The notes under the pieces were generated by a model. That model was not told the origin of the DNA, made no database searches, and saw only the letters and a program-made list of their open reading frames with translations. From positions 1 to 64,000 of the forward strand of contig JBBRPR010000023.1 of assembly GCA_038227875.1 (NCBI GenBank): a DNA stretch of 64,000 nt, given 5' to 3'. Positions 21,049 to 30,831 of the stretch are shown in pieces. Every line of letters begins with the position of its first letter. The first letter of the stretch is position 1. The stretch is from Planctomycetota bacterium (lineage in GTDB: Bacteria; Planctomycetota; SZUA-567; H5-PLA8). The position numbers and the translations under genes are program-made.

Positions 21049-23196
21049 CTACTTCTCCGGCGGCGCCGACGCCTTCTCCGGCTTGGCGAACAACCCGTCG
21101 TCCTGATCGGGATTAATACTCAGCGCCTGAACCTCGATGCTCGTCGGTGCATCCGGATTCTTGTCCGTGATCGTCTGCGCGACGGTGATTTTCCCGAACG
21201 CTTTCTGACCCGCGAACGAGCGATCGTAATCCTTCTGCCCGTCGGAGACCGCCCGCAGTCTCACCAGCGCGTGCGTCTGCGCATCGAACCAGAGTCGCAG
21301 GCGTCCGAGCCCCGGCGTCTGCACGTCGATGCCCTCCAGCGCACGCTCGCCTTCTTTCACCGCGTCGAGCGCCTGAACGACGGCGTCGTTGCTCGTCGCC
21401 AGCGCGCGTAGCACGATCAGATCCGATTGCAGCAGCGCGTTCAGGTTGCGCCGCGCGTCGGCGGGCTTTACGTCTGACACTTTCGCGCCGGTGGCGTTCC
21501 ACGCCGCGTCTTTCGTGAGGACTTCCGAGATCGGCCCGAACGGTCCGGCGATGTCCACGCGCGCCAGGTCGGGAAGTTTCATGCGAACGCAGGCGCGCAC
21601 CGGCTTGCCGTTGACCGTCAGCGCTACATCCGCGCGCAGCGACGTGATCGCCTGCAGCACTTCCGCGCCACCGGCCGCCTTCAGCGCATCAGCGATGATC
21701 CGCTTGCCGTCCGCCTCGCGCTTCGCGTCCTTCTCCAGCACCATGGCCTTCGGCTGCGGGATCGTCACGTCCAGCAACTCGACGTCCTTCAACTTCGCGA
21801 AACTCTTCGCGTCGTCCAATCCCGTTGCGTTGCCCACGCCGATGAGCAGGAACTTCTCCGGATCGATATACTGCTTCGCGACACGATTCACGTCGGCGAC
21901 GGTCACCTTCTTGATGTTCTCCAGCAGCTTCTCCGCGAAGTCCATCGGGTAGCCGTAGTATTCGTACGTCATCTGCCGCCCCAGGATCTTCGACGGCGTG
22001 TCGAAATTGAAGACGAACGAATTGATCGTCGATTCCTTCGCATTCGCCAATTCCAATTCGGTCACGCCCTTGTCGAGCAGCCGCACGACTTCTTCCTTCA
22101 CCGCCGCGACAGCCTCCAGCGCCTGTTCATTGCGCGTCAGCGCCGTGCAGTAAAAACCACCTGGCCGGTCATACGGCGCGTTGGCCATGCCCCAGACCGA
22201 ATAGGCCAATCCTTTTTTCGTCCGCACTTCCGTGAACAACCGCGCCGCCATGCCGCCAGACAGTACTTCGTTCATCATTTGCAGCGCCGGATAATCCGGG
22301 CTATTGCGGCGCAGGTCGAGCACCTGGCCCATCATGAACGTGGTCTGATTGATCTTCGGCCGGTCGACGAACAACACCTTTGCCTTGCGTTCCGTCGGAA
22401 TCGGCGTCACGTCCGGCGCCTTCACTTCCTTTGAAGGCCACGGATCGAACGCCGCCTTGAGCTTCGCCAGCATCTCCTCTTTCTTGAAGTCGCCGACGAC
22501 GCCGAGAATGATCAGGTTGGGCTGAAAATACGCGTCGTGAAAACTCTGCAGCGCCGCGCGGTCGATTTTGTTGAGCGTCGCGTATTCCACGTGCCGCGCG
22601 TACGGATTCGCCGCGCCGTAGAGCGCCTTGCGGTACTCGCGGCCGATGATCGAATTGGGGCTGTCGTTGCGCTTGCCCACGCCCGTGCGCGCCTGCGTCA
22701 GGAACAGATCCAGCTTGTCCTCGGGAAACGCGGGGTTGCGGAGCACGTCGACGAGAATCTCCAGCCCCTGTTCGAAATTCGGCTTCAGCACCGACAGGCT
22801 CGCCCAGCCGGAATCCGTATCGACGCCCAGGTCGAGACTCGCCGCCATGCTCTCCAGCGTTTCGTCCAGCTTGTCGCCGGGAAACTTCACGCTGCCGCCG
22901 CTGCGCATCACCTGCGTCGTCGCCGCCGCCAGGCCCACCGCGTCCGCCGGCTCGTAGACATCCTTCACGCGAATCTTCAGCGAGACGTCGATCAGCGGCA
23001 GCTCGTGATCTTCCAGCAGAAACACGATCATCCCATTGGCGAGCACAAAGCGCTCGGCCAGCGGACCGTGCTTGTCCTTGAGTTCCGGAGATGCGACTTC
23101 GTTCCAGATTTTGAACGGCTTGATCGGCTCCGTCTCCGCCACACAAAGACCGGAGACCGCGACAAGTAGAACGAGGGCAGCGATGCGAGTTTTCAT
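21049..23196 (-). CDS. Secreted M16 (pitrilysin)-family protein, non-catalytic half, with C-terminal extension
   Basis: Signal peptide, LANGM..LLEDHELPLI, RLFTEVRTKKGLAY. No HxxEH. Confidence 0.85.
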   Translation of the reverse strand: MKTRIAALVLLVAVSGLCVAETEPIKPFKIWNEVASPELKDKHGPLAERFVLANGMIVFLLEDHELPLIDVSLKIRVKDVYEPADAVGLAAATTQVMRSGGSVKFPGDKLDETLESMAASLDLGVDTDSGWASLSVLKPNFEQGLEILVDVLRNPAFPEDKLDLFLTQARTGVGKRNDSPNSIIGREYRKALYGAANPYARHVEYATLNKIDRAALQSFHDAYFQPNLIILGVVGDFKKEEMLAKLKAAFDPWPSKEVKAPDVTPIPTERKAKVLFVDRPKINQTTFMMGQVLDLRRNSPDYPALQMMNEVLSGGMAARLFTEVRTKKGLAYSVWGMANAPYDRPGGFYCTALTRNEQALEAVAAVKEEVVRLLDKGVTELELANAKESTINSFVFNFDTPSKILGRQMTYEYYGYPMDFAEKLLENIKKVTVADVNRVAKQYIDPEKFLLIGVGNATGLDDAKSFAKLKDVELLDVTIPQPKAMVLEKDAKREADGKRIIADALKAAGGAEVLQAITSLRADVALTVNGKPVRACVRMKLPDLARVDIAGPFGPISEVLTKDAAWNATGAKVSDVKPADARRNLNALLQSDLIVLRALATSNDAVVQALDAVKEGERALEGIDVQTPGLGRLRLWFDAQTHALVRLRAVSDGQKDYDRSFAGQKAFGKITVAQTITDKNPDAPTSIEVQALSINPDQDDGLFAKPEKASAPPEK

Positions 23197-23433
23197 AGGA
23201 AAAGAGCGTAAATTAATTCCCACGAATTAAAAATTGAATTTGGTGCCACAGCGCAGCGAAAAAATAAACGCAGCCGCGCATCGCGCTTGAAGTTGGCCGT
23301 AGCTGTTCACCGATCACTTTTAGCCGGACGGAATTTAGACCGCGCGAGGAATTTCGCGAAGTCCCACGCACTAATTTCCCAGTCAGCCCCCACCGCCCAT
23401 TGCCGTTTCCGCCAATCGCGCTAAATTACCTCC

Positions 23434-24450
23434 ATGAAAGAGCTCGACCACCTCCTTCCCGCCCTCCGCCTGCTCCACGAACGCATCCGCGATGCCGTCG
23501 TCTCCGCGTGTGAAAAGACCGCGCTCGAATCGCTCGCCAGCGTCGCCAAAGAGGAAGAAGGCGACACGATCTACGCCGTCGACAAAGTCAGTGAAGAACT
23601 GCTGATCGAATTTTTTGAACACGAGATCGCGCCGAAATGCCCCGTCGTCCTGATCGCCGAAGGACTCGACGGCGGCAAGATCATGCTGCCGCGCGGCATG
23701 CGGGAAGATCAGGCCGTCTGCCGCGTGATCGTCGATCCGATCGACGGCACCCGCGGCATCATGTACCAGAAGCGCAGCGCGTGGATCCTCACCGGCATCG
23801 CGCCGAACAAGGGCCCCGGCACAAATCTCCAGGACATCGAAGTCGCCCTGCAGACGGAAATCCCGCTGGTCAAGCAGCACCTCAGCGATTCCATCTGGGC
23901 CATCAAGGGCAAGGGCGCGCACGCCGAACGCTTCAACCGCATCACCGGCGAACGCCACGCGCTCCATCTGCATCCGTCGAGCGCCAAAACGATCGCGCAC
24001 GGATTTTCCACGATCTCGCGCTTCTTCCCCGGCGTGCGCGATGAACTGGCCGCCATCGACGACGAAATCATCCGCCACGCGCTGGGTCCGGTCGTCGCCG
24101 GCAAGGCGCAGTGCTTTGAAGATCAGTACATTTCCAGCGGCGGTCAGTTTTTTGAACTGATCTCCGGCAAGGACCGTTTCATCGCCGACATCCGCCCGCT
24201 GGCCGAAACCATCGCCAAGCGCCGCGGCATCAAGCTGGGCATCTGCTGCCACCCCTATGATGTCTGCACCGAACTGATCGCGCGGGAACTCGGCGTCGAA
24301 ATCTGCACCGCCGCCGGCGGCCCGCTCAACTTCCCGCTCGCCGTCGAACCCGACGTCGATTGGGTCGGCTACGCCAACAAGCACATCCGCGCGCAGATGG
24401 AACCGCTGCTCCACCGCGCCCTGGCGACCAGGGGCTTGCGCGCCGAGTAA
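23434..24450 (+). CDS. Inositol monophosphatase/FIG superfamily protein
   Basis: [27 protein letters not shown]. Confidence 0.85.
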   Translation: MKELDHLLPALRLLHERIRDAVVSACEKTALESLASVAKEEEGDTIYAVDKVSEELLIEFFEHEIAPKCPVVLIAEGLDGGKIMLPRGMREDQAVCRVIVDPIDGTRGIMYQKRSAWILTGIAPNKGPGTNLQDIEVALQTEIPLVKQHLSDSIWAIKGKGAHAERFNRITGERHALHLHPSSAKTIAHGFSTISRFFPGVRDELAAIDDEIIRHALGPVVAGKAQCFEDQYISSGGQFFELISGKDRFIADIRPLAETIAKRRGIKLGICCHPYDVCTELIARELGVEICTAAGGPLNFPLAVEPDVDWVGYANKHIRAQMEPLLHRALATRGLRAE

Positions 24451-24482
24451 ACATCGATTCGGCGCGCGCAGTGATCGTCTGT

Positions 24483-24636
24483 GTGTCAAGGAGCAAGCGG
24501 CCGTATGCTTGCTCCTTGCTCAACGCATGTCTCTTTGAAAAACATGCGTCGTGACCTTGCCCTTTCCAAACCGCTCGCGCAAAAGTCGCGAGCTTTACAG
24601 CAACGAGCAGGCAACCCCTCGCTTGCTCCATGACAC
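24483..24636. mobile_element. REPIN/MITE-like element with 37-bp imperfect terminal inverted repeats
   Basis: gtgtcaaggagcaagcg... (24483-24519) pairs with ...cgcttgctccatgacac (24600-24636). Each arm is itself a hairpin. Confidence 0.7.
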
Positions 24637-24681
24637 CAGTGCTCGCTCCATCGCGCCACGCGTCAGAAAGAGGATTCACCG

Positions 24682-25302
24682 ATGTACGTACCCAAACACG
24701 ACGCCGTCAACGATCCGGCCAAGCTCGCCGAATTCATGGACCAATACAGTTTCGCGCTGCTGGTCACGCAGCAGAACGGCGCGCCGCTGGCAACGCACCT
24801 GCCGCTGCTCTTCGATCCCAAGCGCGGCGCCAACGGCACGCTGCTGGGCCACATCGCACGAGCCAACACGCAGTGGCATAATTTCTCCGGCGAAGCGCTG
24901 GCGATCTTCCACGGCCCGCACGCCTACGTTTCGCCCACGTGGTACGGCGAACCCGGCTTCGTGCCGACGTGGAACTACGCCGCAGTCCATGTCTACGGCA
25001 CCGTGCGCTGGATCGAAAATCTGGACGAAGCCAAACTGATCCTCAACCGCCTCGTCGCCAAATTCGAAGCCCCGCTTCCCGCTCCGTGGAAGGTCGACCC
25101 GCCCGACCAGTTCGACACGCTGGCCAAAGCCATCGTCGCCTTCGAAATCCCCGTCTCGCGCATCGAAGGAAAATGGAAACTCAACGGCACCCACACGCCC
25201 GAACGCCAAGCCCGAGTCGCCGCGCAACTCGCCCAAGGCGACGAATCCGCCCGTCAGGTCGCCGCGTTGATGGAACAAAACCTGCGCGCGCCAAAAGCAT
25301 AA
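24682..25302 (+). CDS. paiB: PaiB-family FMN-binding negative transcriptional regulator
   Basis: MYVP, ATHLP, GHIARAN, GPHAYVSPTWY, VPTWNYAAVH. Confidence 0.9.
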   Translation: MYVPKHDAVNDPAKLAEFMDQYSFALLVTQQNGAPLATHLPLLFDPKRGANGTLLGHIARANTQWHNFSGEALAIFHGPHAYVSPTWYGEPGFVPTWNYAAVHVYGTVRWIENLDEAKLILNRLVAKFEAPLPAPWKVDPPDQFDTLAKAIVAFEIPVSRIEGKWKLNGTHTPERQARVAAQLAQGDESARQVAALMEQNLRAPKA

Positions 25303-25326
25303 TTCGCGCCGCGCAAACCATCTGTA

Positions 25327-25573
25327 TGTAGTCCGGGCGTCCCGCCCGGTCCAATTTCGGAGCGCGAAGCGCCGCCGCAGTTTTTGAACCCGGAGGGTTC
25401 ACAGCCATTAGCCGGTGGTCGAGCGCAGCGACACCACCGGAACCGGCGGATTTTGAGTTCATCAGCATCCCGGAGGGATGCCAGCAGCATGACTTGAAAT
25501 CGGTGTGGCGCTGGCATGCCGTGCAGAAGAGATTACAAGAAGTCAGCATTGTAGTCCGGGCGGCTCGCCCGGA
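25327..25573. repeat. REP cluster (GTAG-type hairpins flanking CCCGGAGGG units)
   Basis: tgtagtccgggcg..cgcccgg at 25327 and 25550. cccggaggg occurs twice, with a ccggtgg...ccaccgg hairpin between. Confidence 0.7.
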
Positions 25574-25591
25574 GTTACCAATTCGACCGCA

Positions 25592-26257
25592 TTATCGCCA
25601 TTTATCTCGAATTCGCTGCCACCACGACCGCTCGCGCCGCAGGATTCGAAAAACCAAGGACTTGCCCACGCGTTCAAGTCCGTTTGGATGCTCATAGTAA
25701 AGGCTCAGCGGAGCTCCTGCACCGACGACTTCCGCCTGCAAATCAAACACAATCCAATCGCCCTGAACCACGCCGCCCGCGGCACCTGCTCTCCAAATGG
25801 CGTGGTCAGTAGCCACCATTGCTTTGCCGTTCAACAAGCTGTCTAGAAACGTAGCCAGATCGTAAGCCTGATAGAATATGACCGGCGGATCGTGGCAAAC
25901 GAAAAAGATGGGACCCAGCCGCGACGGATCAACTACGGTATCCATTGCCCAGAAATTTCCTGTGTCGTCATCCAGAAGGGGACACAGGTACAGATCATCA
26001 CCGTAAGGGTTGCTGGGGCACTCGAATGAAATCTGCTGTTCCCCGCGTTTCAATCCCGCTGTCACCCGCAGCAGTTCTTGCAAGAGATCTGGAAACGGGT
26101 ATCCGCACGTCGACCAGTTGACGATGTGCGCAGCAATTTCATCCTCAGAAAGTCCGGGCAGAACAGTCCATTCGTTGCCGGGCGGTTTCGGCGAATTCTG
26201 ATAGGAGCGGATGACGTCGAGAGGTGATTTCTTCATTGTCCTAAGTATGCTGTCCAT
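25592..26257 (-). CDS. SMI1/KNR4-like protein
   Basis: LPGLSEDEI...PDLLQELL...DDTGNFWAMD...GPIFFVCHDPPV...DLATFL. Start uncertain (26257 or 26236). Confidence 0.7.
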   Translation of the reverse strand: MDSILRTMKKSPLDVIRSYQNSPKPPGNEWTVLPGLSEDEIAAHIVNWSTCGYPFPDLLQELLRVTAGLKRGEQQISFECPSNPYGDDLYLCPLLDDDTGNFWAMDTVVDPSRLGPIFFVCHDPPVIFYQAYDLATFLDSLLNGKAMVATDHAIWRAGAAGGVVQGDWIVFDLQAEVVGAGAPLSLYYEHPNGLERVGKSLVFRILRRERSWWQRIRDKWR

Positions 26258-26351
26258 GGGGTCGACTCTTGTCAACTCAGCGGTGTATCGTACTTGGCAA
26301 TAGAGCGTACGGAGGCGGGGCCGAAGAAGGCAATGAACACTGAGAGAACCT

Positions 26352-26960
26352 ATGAAACTCCTGCTATTCAGCGACCTGCATTGCGACGAACATGCGGCAC
26401 AGCGCCTCGTTGACCGCGCCAGTAGCATCGACGTGGTTGTCGGTGCTGGAGACTTTGCCAACGCGCGCCGCGGAATTGAGCGCTGCATTGACGTGCTCAA
26501 AAAAATCACCAAGCCGGCCGTGTTGGTGCCCGGCAATAACGAGAGCTACGACGAATTGACGGACGCGTGCCAGGGATGGCCCAGCGCACAGGTCCTGCAT
26601 GGCCAGAGCGTGCAGATCTCCGGCGTTCCGTTCTTCGGCATCGGCGGCGGCATTCCCGTGACGCCGTTCGGCCCGTGGAGTTTCGATTTCTCGGAAGAGC
26701 AGGCCGCGAAGCTGCTGAAAGCATGTCCCACAAACGCCATCCTCGTTTCGCATTCACCGCCCAAAGGCACGCTCGACGTCTCCTCATCGGGACGCAGCCT
26801 CGGCAGCACCGCGGTTCACGCGACGATCTTAAGCAAGACGCCGCGCCTGGTCGTCTGCGGCCACATCCACAACAACGCCGGTCAGCACGCCACGCTGGGA
26901 AAATCAGTCGTCATCAACGCCGGGCCCGATGGTGTAGAGTGGGACGTGTTGATAAACTGA
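26352..26960 (+). CDS. Calcineurin-like metallophosphoesterase (Icc-related)
   Basis: FSDLH, AGD, PGNNE, SHSPP, CGHIH. Confidence 0.9.
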   Translation: MKLLLFSDLHCDEHAAQRLVDRASSIDVVVGAGDFANARRGIERCIDVLKKITKPAVLVPGNNESYDELTDACQGWPSAQVLHGQSVQISGVPFFGIGGGIPVTPFGPWSFDFSEEQAAKLLKACPTNAILVSHSPPKGTLDVSSSGRSLGSTAVHATILSKTPRLVVCGHIHNNAGQHATLGKSVVINAGPDGVEWDVLIN

Positions 26961-27060
26961 TGCGGTCGAATCAATACGAGTCAGATTGAGAATGTACGTA
27001 TGGCCTTCGAGAATTTCACCCCGCCCCCGCCTCACATCGCCATGCCGAATCAAAAGCGAT

Positions 27061-27675
27061 TCACGACTTGATGTCGCTTTTTTCCTCGAAGCGATGAATG
27101 ACCTTATCTTCGTTGACAAGGATTGTGGAGCTTAGTGGGATCTTCAACACGTTTAACCGATCCACGAGCTCGTAGTACGCCTTTTCCAAGTCCGTCCATT
27201 GATTAAATTCTTTCCACCCCGGAATGGATTCCGTCGACTTGTCCCAAGGATACTTTTCCCATCGAATGGACCCTCTACCATCGCGCCAAAAAGCGTGCAC
27301 GTGTCGACCACGTGGTGGTGCTAAAATTCCAAACGTGGCTGCCGACACTGGATTCTCGCTTGGAGCGAAAACAACGAATTCTTCATTGCGATTTCCAGTC
27401 GGCTCAATCATCAATCGGCCGCACTCGACGCAGACGAAGACGTCTCTGAAAATGCGCTGGAGATGACGTTGTACCACCGTGAAGGCCAGCATCTGAACTG
27501 CACCGTCAACGTCGTCGATTCCGTTGGTGTGCCGCTCGAGCCATTGTCGAATGGGTGCCTTAACGTGATCTCCAAGCTCGAAATATTCAACGTCCGAAAT
27601 CAAACGCCCCTTATAACAAAGTGAGTCTGAAGTCTCTTTAATCACAGCGCCACACTCGCATCGAAACCCGCTCAT
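27061..27675 (-). CDS. Hypothetical protein with Cys motifs
   Basis: 204-aa ORF with an upstream GAGG-like RBS, FRCECG and CVECG. Confidence 0.65.
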   Translation of the reverse strand: MSGFRCECGAVIKETSDSLCYKGRLISDVEYFELGDHVKAPIRQWLERHTNGIDDVDGAVQMLAFTVVQRHLQRIFRDVFVCVECGRLMIEPTGNRNEEFVVFAPSENPVSAATFGILAPPRGRHVHAFWRDGRGSIRWEKYPWDKSTESIPGWKEFNQWTDLEKAYYELVDRLNVLKIPLSSTILVNEDKVIHRFEEKSDIKS

Positions 27676-27733
27676 ATTGAATACCCTCTGTCAGGTGCCC
27701 TGCTAATCTAGGGATGGAGGTTTAGTTTTCAAT

Positions 27734-27877
27734 GGCTGCAAACAAACTGGCGCGGTTCACGAAGTCTACAAACACCAACCGCTGACGGAGAATCTGATTC
27801 GAACGCTGAACGCGAGGTTAACGCCGGCGGAGCTAAAGAACGACATCGCGGAGATCGGGTATCCGATACATTTTTGA
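27734..27877 (+). pseudogene. 3' remnant of a conserved hypothetical gene
   Basis: Start-less frame AVHEVYKHQPLTENLIRTLNARLTPAELKNDIAEIGYPIHF* resembles, from memory, a widespread C-terminal ...PLT...LN...DIxEIGYP motif. Confidence 0.45.
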
Positions 27878-27906
27878 GACCAGGACACAGACATAAGGAA
27901 AATGAA

Positions 27907-28322
27907 ATGGGCGCACACGAGTACAAACTGGCGAAGCCACCCACGGCTCCGCGAGCGCACAGCTCTGGTTGCAGCACGCCGCCGGGTTCATTCTATTTGA
28001 AGACGTTCGAGCCTACGCTACTGAACAGATCGACCCCGAGTTGACGCCAGAGACGCGGGCACTCGTCCAGAAAGGAATTGATGACGCCCTGTATGGACTC
28101 ATGATGGTCGCCGACGGCGTCTCCGGAAGACTCGCGAATTCCACCGACCAGGTCACGCTCTCAATGCGTGTGCGCCACCGGCGAAAAAAGCCAAAGAAGG
28201 AATGGTCGGTTCTCAAGGAAATCGATCTTTTCCACGGCGACGGCATGTGCATGGGTTACCACGGCTGGCTCGAGAATGACTATGGCAAGGATCAGGTTGT
28301 GGTTAAGAAAAAGCGCAAGTGA
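27907..28322 (+). CDS. Hypothetical protein, probably frameshifted near 27958
   Basis: RBS TAAGGA and ATG at 27907 read MGAHEYKLAKPPTAPRA. The body QLWLQHAAGFILFED...DGMCMGYHGW continues in the -1 frame. Confidence 0.6.
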
Positions 28323-28332
28323 GAACACTGCG

Positions 28333-28893
28333 ATGAGCGACGACACGCCACCCTTCAGAATTCGCAACGGACACATCGTCACTTCGTATTTCATTTTCAT
28401 GCGAACCTCGCCGCGCGTCGCGGACGATGCGTTGCTGCGGGTATTGGGTATCGATTTCGTGCGGCATGGCTGGGACAGAAAAAATGCGAACGAGGCCCGG
28501 GTCTTCATCACCGAGGACGACGCGTGGATTCACATCGCCGACGATTTGAGATATCATCTCTGGCATCGCCGCGACGCGGTGGAAGCGCTCCATCGATTTC
28601 GGCCGGACGCGACGATCTTTGCGTGCAGCAGAGGAGACTGCGACTACTCGTTCGATTTCAAATACTACGATGACGGTCGCCTTCTGCGCCATTTTGAAGT
28701 CGCCGATCCGAACTACAACAAACGGCCAATCAAAGTCATCACCGATCTCGGAACTCCGTTGCCGGGCGAGAAACCGCTGGATCGCATTGAAGATGAAATG
28801 AACTATCTTCTTGCCATCGCCGAGTCGCTGGGTGTAAACACGCAGCACAGAAGCGGCGCGGTTCGTTGCTATGCCTACGACGCGCCGCGTTGA
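28333..28893 (+). CDS. Hypothetical protein
   Basis: ATG 10 bp after the previous stop, protein-like composition. Confidence 0.6.
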   Translation: MSDDTPPFRIRNGHIVTSYFIFMRTSPRVADDALLRVLGIDFVRHGWDRKNANEARVFITEDDAWIHIADDLRYHLWHRRDAVEALHRFRPDATIFACSRGDCDYSFDFKYYDDGRLLRHFEVADPNYNKRPIKVITDLGTPLPGEKPLDRIEDEMNYLLAIAESLGVNTQHRSGAVRCYAYDAPR

Positions 28894-28920
28894 TTGAAGG
28901 TCAACCGGTAATCCTGCGCC

Positions 28921-30018
28921 ATGGAGCCTTCCCCCAAACCCCGCTTCCAATTCAGCCTGCGCCAGGCAATTCTCGGCATGCTCTTCTGCGCCACGCTGCT
29001 TTACGCGCTCCTGGGGCGCGAAACGTGGCGGCTCAGGACAACTGTGCCAGGCCTCATCTTCAATGCACAAACCGCGCTGACGCTTGACGATTCGAAAATT
29101 CTCACGCGCCAGAAAAGTTCCATATGCGTTTTCGATACGGGGTCCGGCGCCCAACTGCTTTCCATCCAGACTGATCCCAGCGCGGAGGCCATTTCACTGG
29201 ACGGCCGGTTCGTCGCGGTGGGCACGAACTCGGGAACGATTGAGCTTTGGAACGTCGCCAGCGGCACGAAGACATTCCAGTGGGACGCGCACAAAGGTGC
29301 GATGGAGTCTGTCTCGTTTTCTGGCGACGCGCGGTACCTCATCAGTTCCAGCACCGATCTGGTCGCGCGCGTTTGGGACGTCGAAACGGGAAAAGTCACT
29401 TCGGAATTGAAAGGCCATACCGGACTGATCGAACGCGCGTATCTAAATTCAGACGGCTCCTACGCGCTCACGGAAAGCGACCACGGATGGGGAAGATCTA
29501 TTGATCCAGCTGACCAAAGCAAAATTCTCTGGGGCGACAAGACCGCAAGAATCTGGGATACGCATACGCAACAGGAGCTGAAAAGGGGAACGCGCTGGTT
29601 CGAAGAGACTCCCAAAGCGACCATTATTCACGAAGCCCTTACGCCCGAAGACTATAAGCCCTACGAAACTGTTCAGATGTCGACACGCGACGGGCGGATG
29701 GAGATCATCCGACCATCGTATGGTTCGCCGTGGTGCATTTACGACAGAGACGCTCACACTGAGGGCTTTGAATTCAAGAGTTGCGTGGGAAGATTCGCTA
29801 GCGCGTTCTTTGGCCATAACGAAGACATAATCGTCACCAGTCCGCTGGAATCACGCGTGACTGAAACCAGCATCTGGCAGAATGTAAATTCCTCCAAATA
29901 CAGTCGGTTGATCTACCGCTGGATGATGCGCTTGCTGGGCGTCTCCGCGCTCTTTGTCGTCATCCGTCGCCTTCAAAAGTGGCGCAAGGCGCGACGGATA
30001 AGGTCGGTCGGTCCCTGA
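28921..30018 (+). CDS. Membrane-anchored WD40-repeat protein
   Basis: RFQFSLR N-terminus plus TM, AH/GH...WD repeats (VARVWD, TARIWD), C-terminal TM. Confidence 0.85.
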   Translation: MEPSPKPRFQFSLRQAILGMLFCATLLYALLGRETWRLRTTVPGLIFNAQTALTLDDSKILTRQKSSICVFDTGSGAQLLSIQTDPSAEAISLDGRFVAVGTNSGTIELWNVASGTKTFQWDAHKGAMESVSFSGDARYLISSSTDLVARVWDVETGKVTSELKGHTGLIERAYLNSDGSYALTESDHGWGRSIDPADQSKILWGDKTARIWDTHTQQELKRGTRWFEETPKATIIHEALTPEDYKPYETVQMSTRDGRMEIIRPSYGSPWCIYDRDAHTEGFEFKSCVGRFASAFFGHNEDIIVTSPLESRVTETSIWQNVNSSKYSRLIYRWMMRLLGVSALFVVIRRLQKWRKARRIRSVGP

Positions 30019-30034
30019 AGTTTACAAACTCAAG

Positions 30035-30480
30035 CCGCACCTTGTGCGCTGCTGCTCATTGTGTATTATAAAATCTTTTTTACTAAATTCACAGAAAACA
30101 CTTAAATTTTGCGTTTCTCGACCGCATAGATATAATAGAGAAATACGCAATGCTCGTTCAATCTCGTCCGCGACCGCAATCCCTGACCCGCGCCAGCGCT
30201 TTCAGGCATGCCACCCATTCGCGTTCCATAAGCCTGTGAACGACTCCAGCACCCCAATCCGATGAAGAGCCCAAATGACCCTCCCATTCATCCACAGACG
30301 CCTACAACGCAAAAGACCGGCTGTCACCCCACACACCCCGAACTCTGCCCATTGACCGCACGCCGTGCACTGCTGCACAATATGGATTATAAAATCTTTT
30401 TTATTAAATTACTAGAAAACACTTGACTTTCGGGTTTAATCACCGCTTATATACTATAGGAAATATTCAATACGACTCGT
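30035..30480 (+). promoter_or_regulatory. Duplicated AT-rich promoter-like module (about 125 bp, 321-bp offset)
   Basis: attataaaatctttttta at 30065 and 30386, each followed by agaaaacactt...accgc..a.tata. Confidence 0.6.
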
Positions 30481-30720
30481 CCATCATCGACCTCCGGCGA
30501 ATACCAGCAACGACGAAGGCCTATTGGCGCGTACAGCCAACCACTTTTAGCTCTGATAATTCTTCGAACCCCGCAATCGTCAACTTTTCAAGGAGGCCCC
30601 GTGCATTCGCCCAACGCCCCCAATCGACCCCCGACCACGCTCCATTCGACCGCAGTTTCCAGGCGACTCCGCTCCGCTCTCTAACCACACCGTGCACCTG
30701 CAAAGGAGACCCCAAACCAT

Positions 30721-30750
30721 GTAACATTTGGTAACATTTTGAAACATTCT
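30721..30750. promoter_or_regulatory. Three phased 10-bp direct repeats (GTAACATTT)
   Basis: gtaacatttg gtaacatttt gaaacattct, about 80 bp upstream of the TPR gene. Confidence 0.55.
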
Positions 30751-30831
30751 CCTGCCCATCCGCGTCGCACGCTTCCCTCCGCTTGCTCCGCGCGAGCGGT
30801 CGGGCACGATAGGTTCTCCTGACGAGGCGCT

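Noticed and set aside
25592..30018. Integron cassette array
   Set aside because: Mixed orientation, no recognisable attC sites and no integrase.
30035..30480. CRISPR array or leader
   Set aside because: Only two long diverged copies, no repeat-spacer period and no cas genes.
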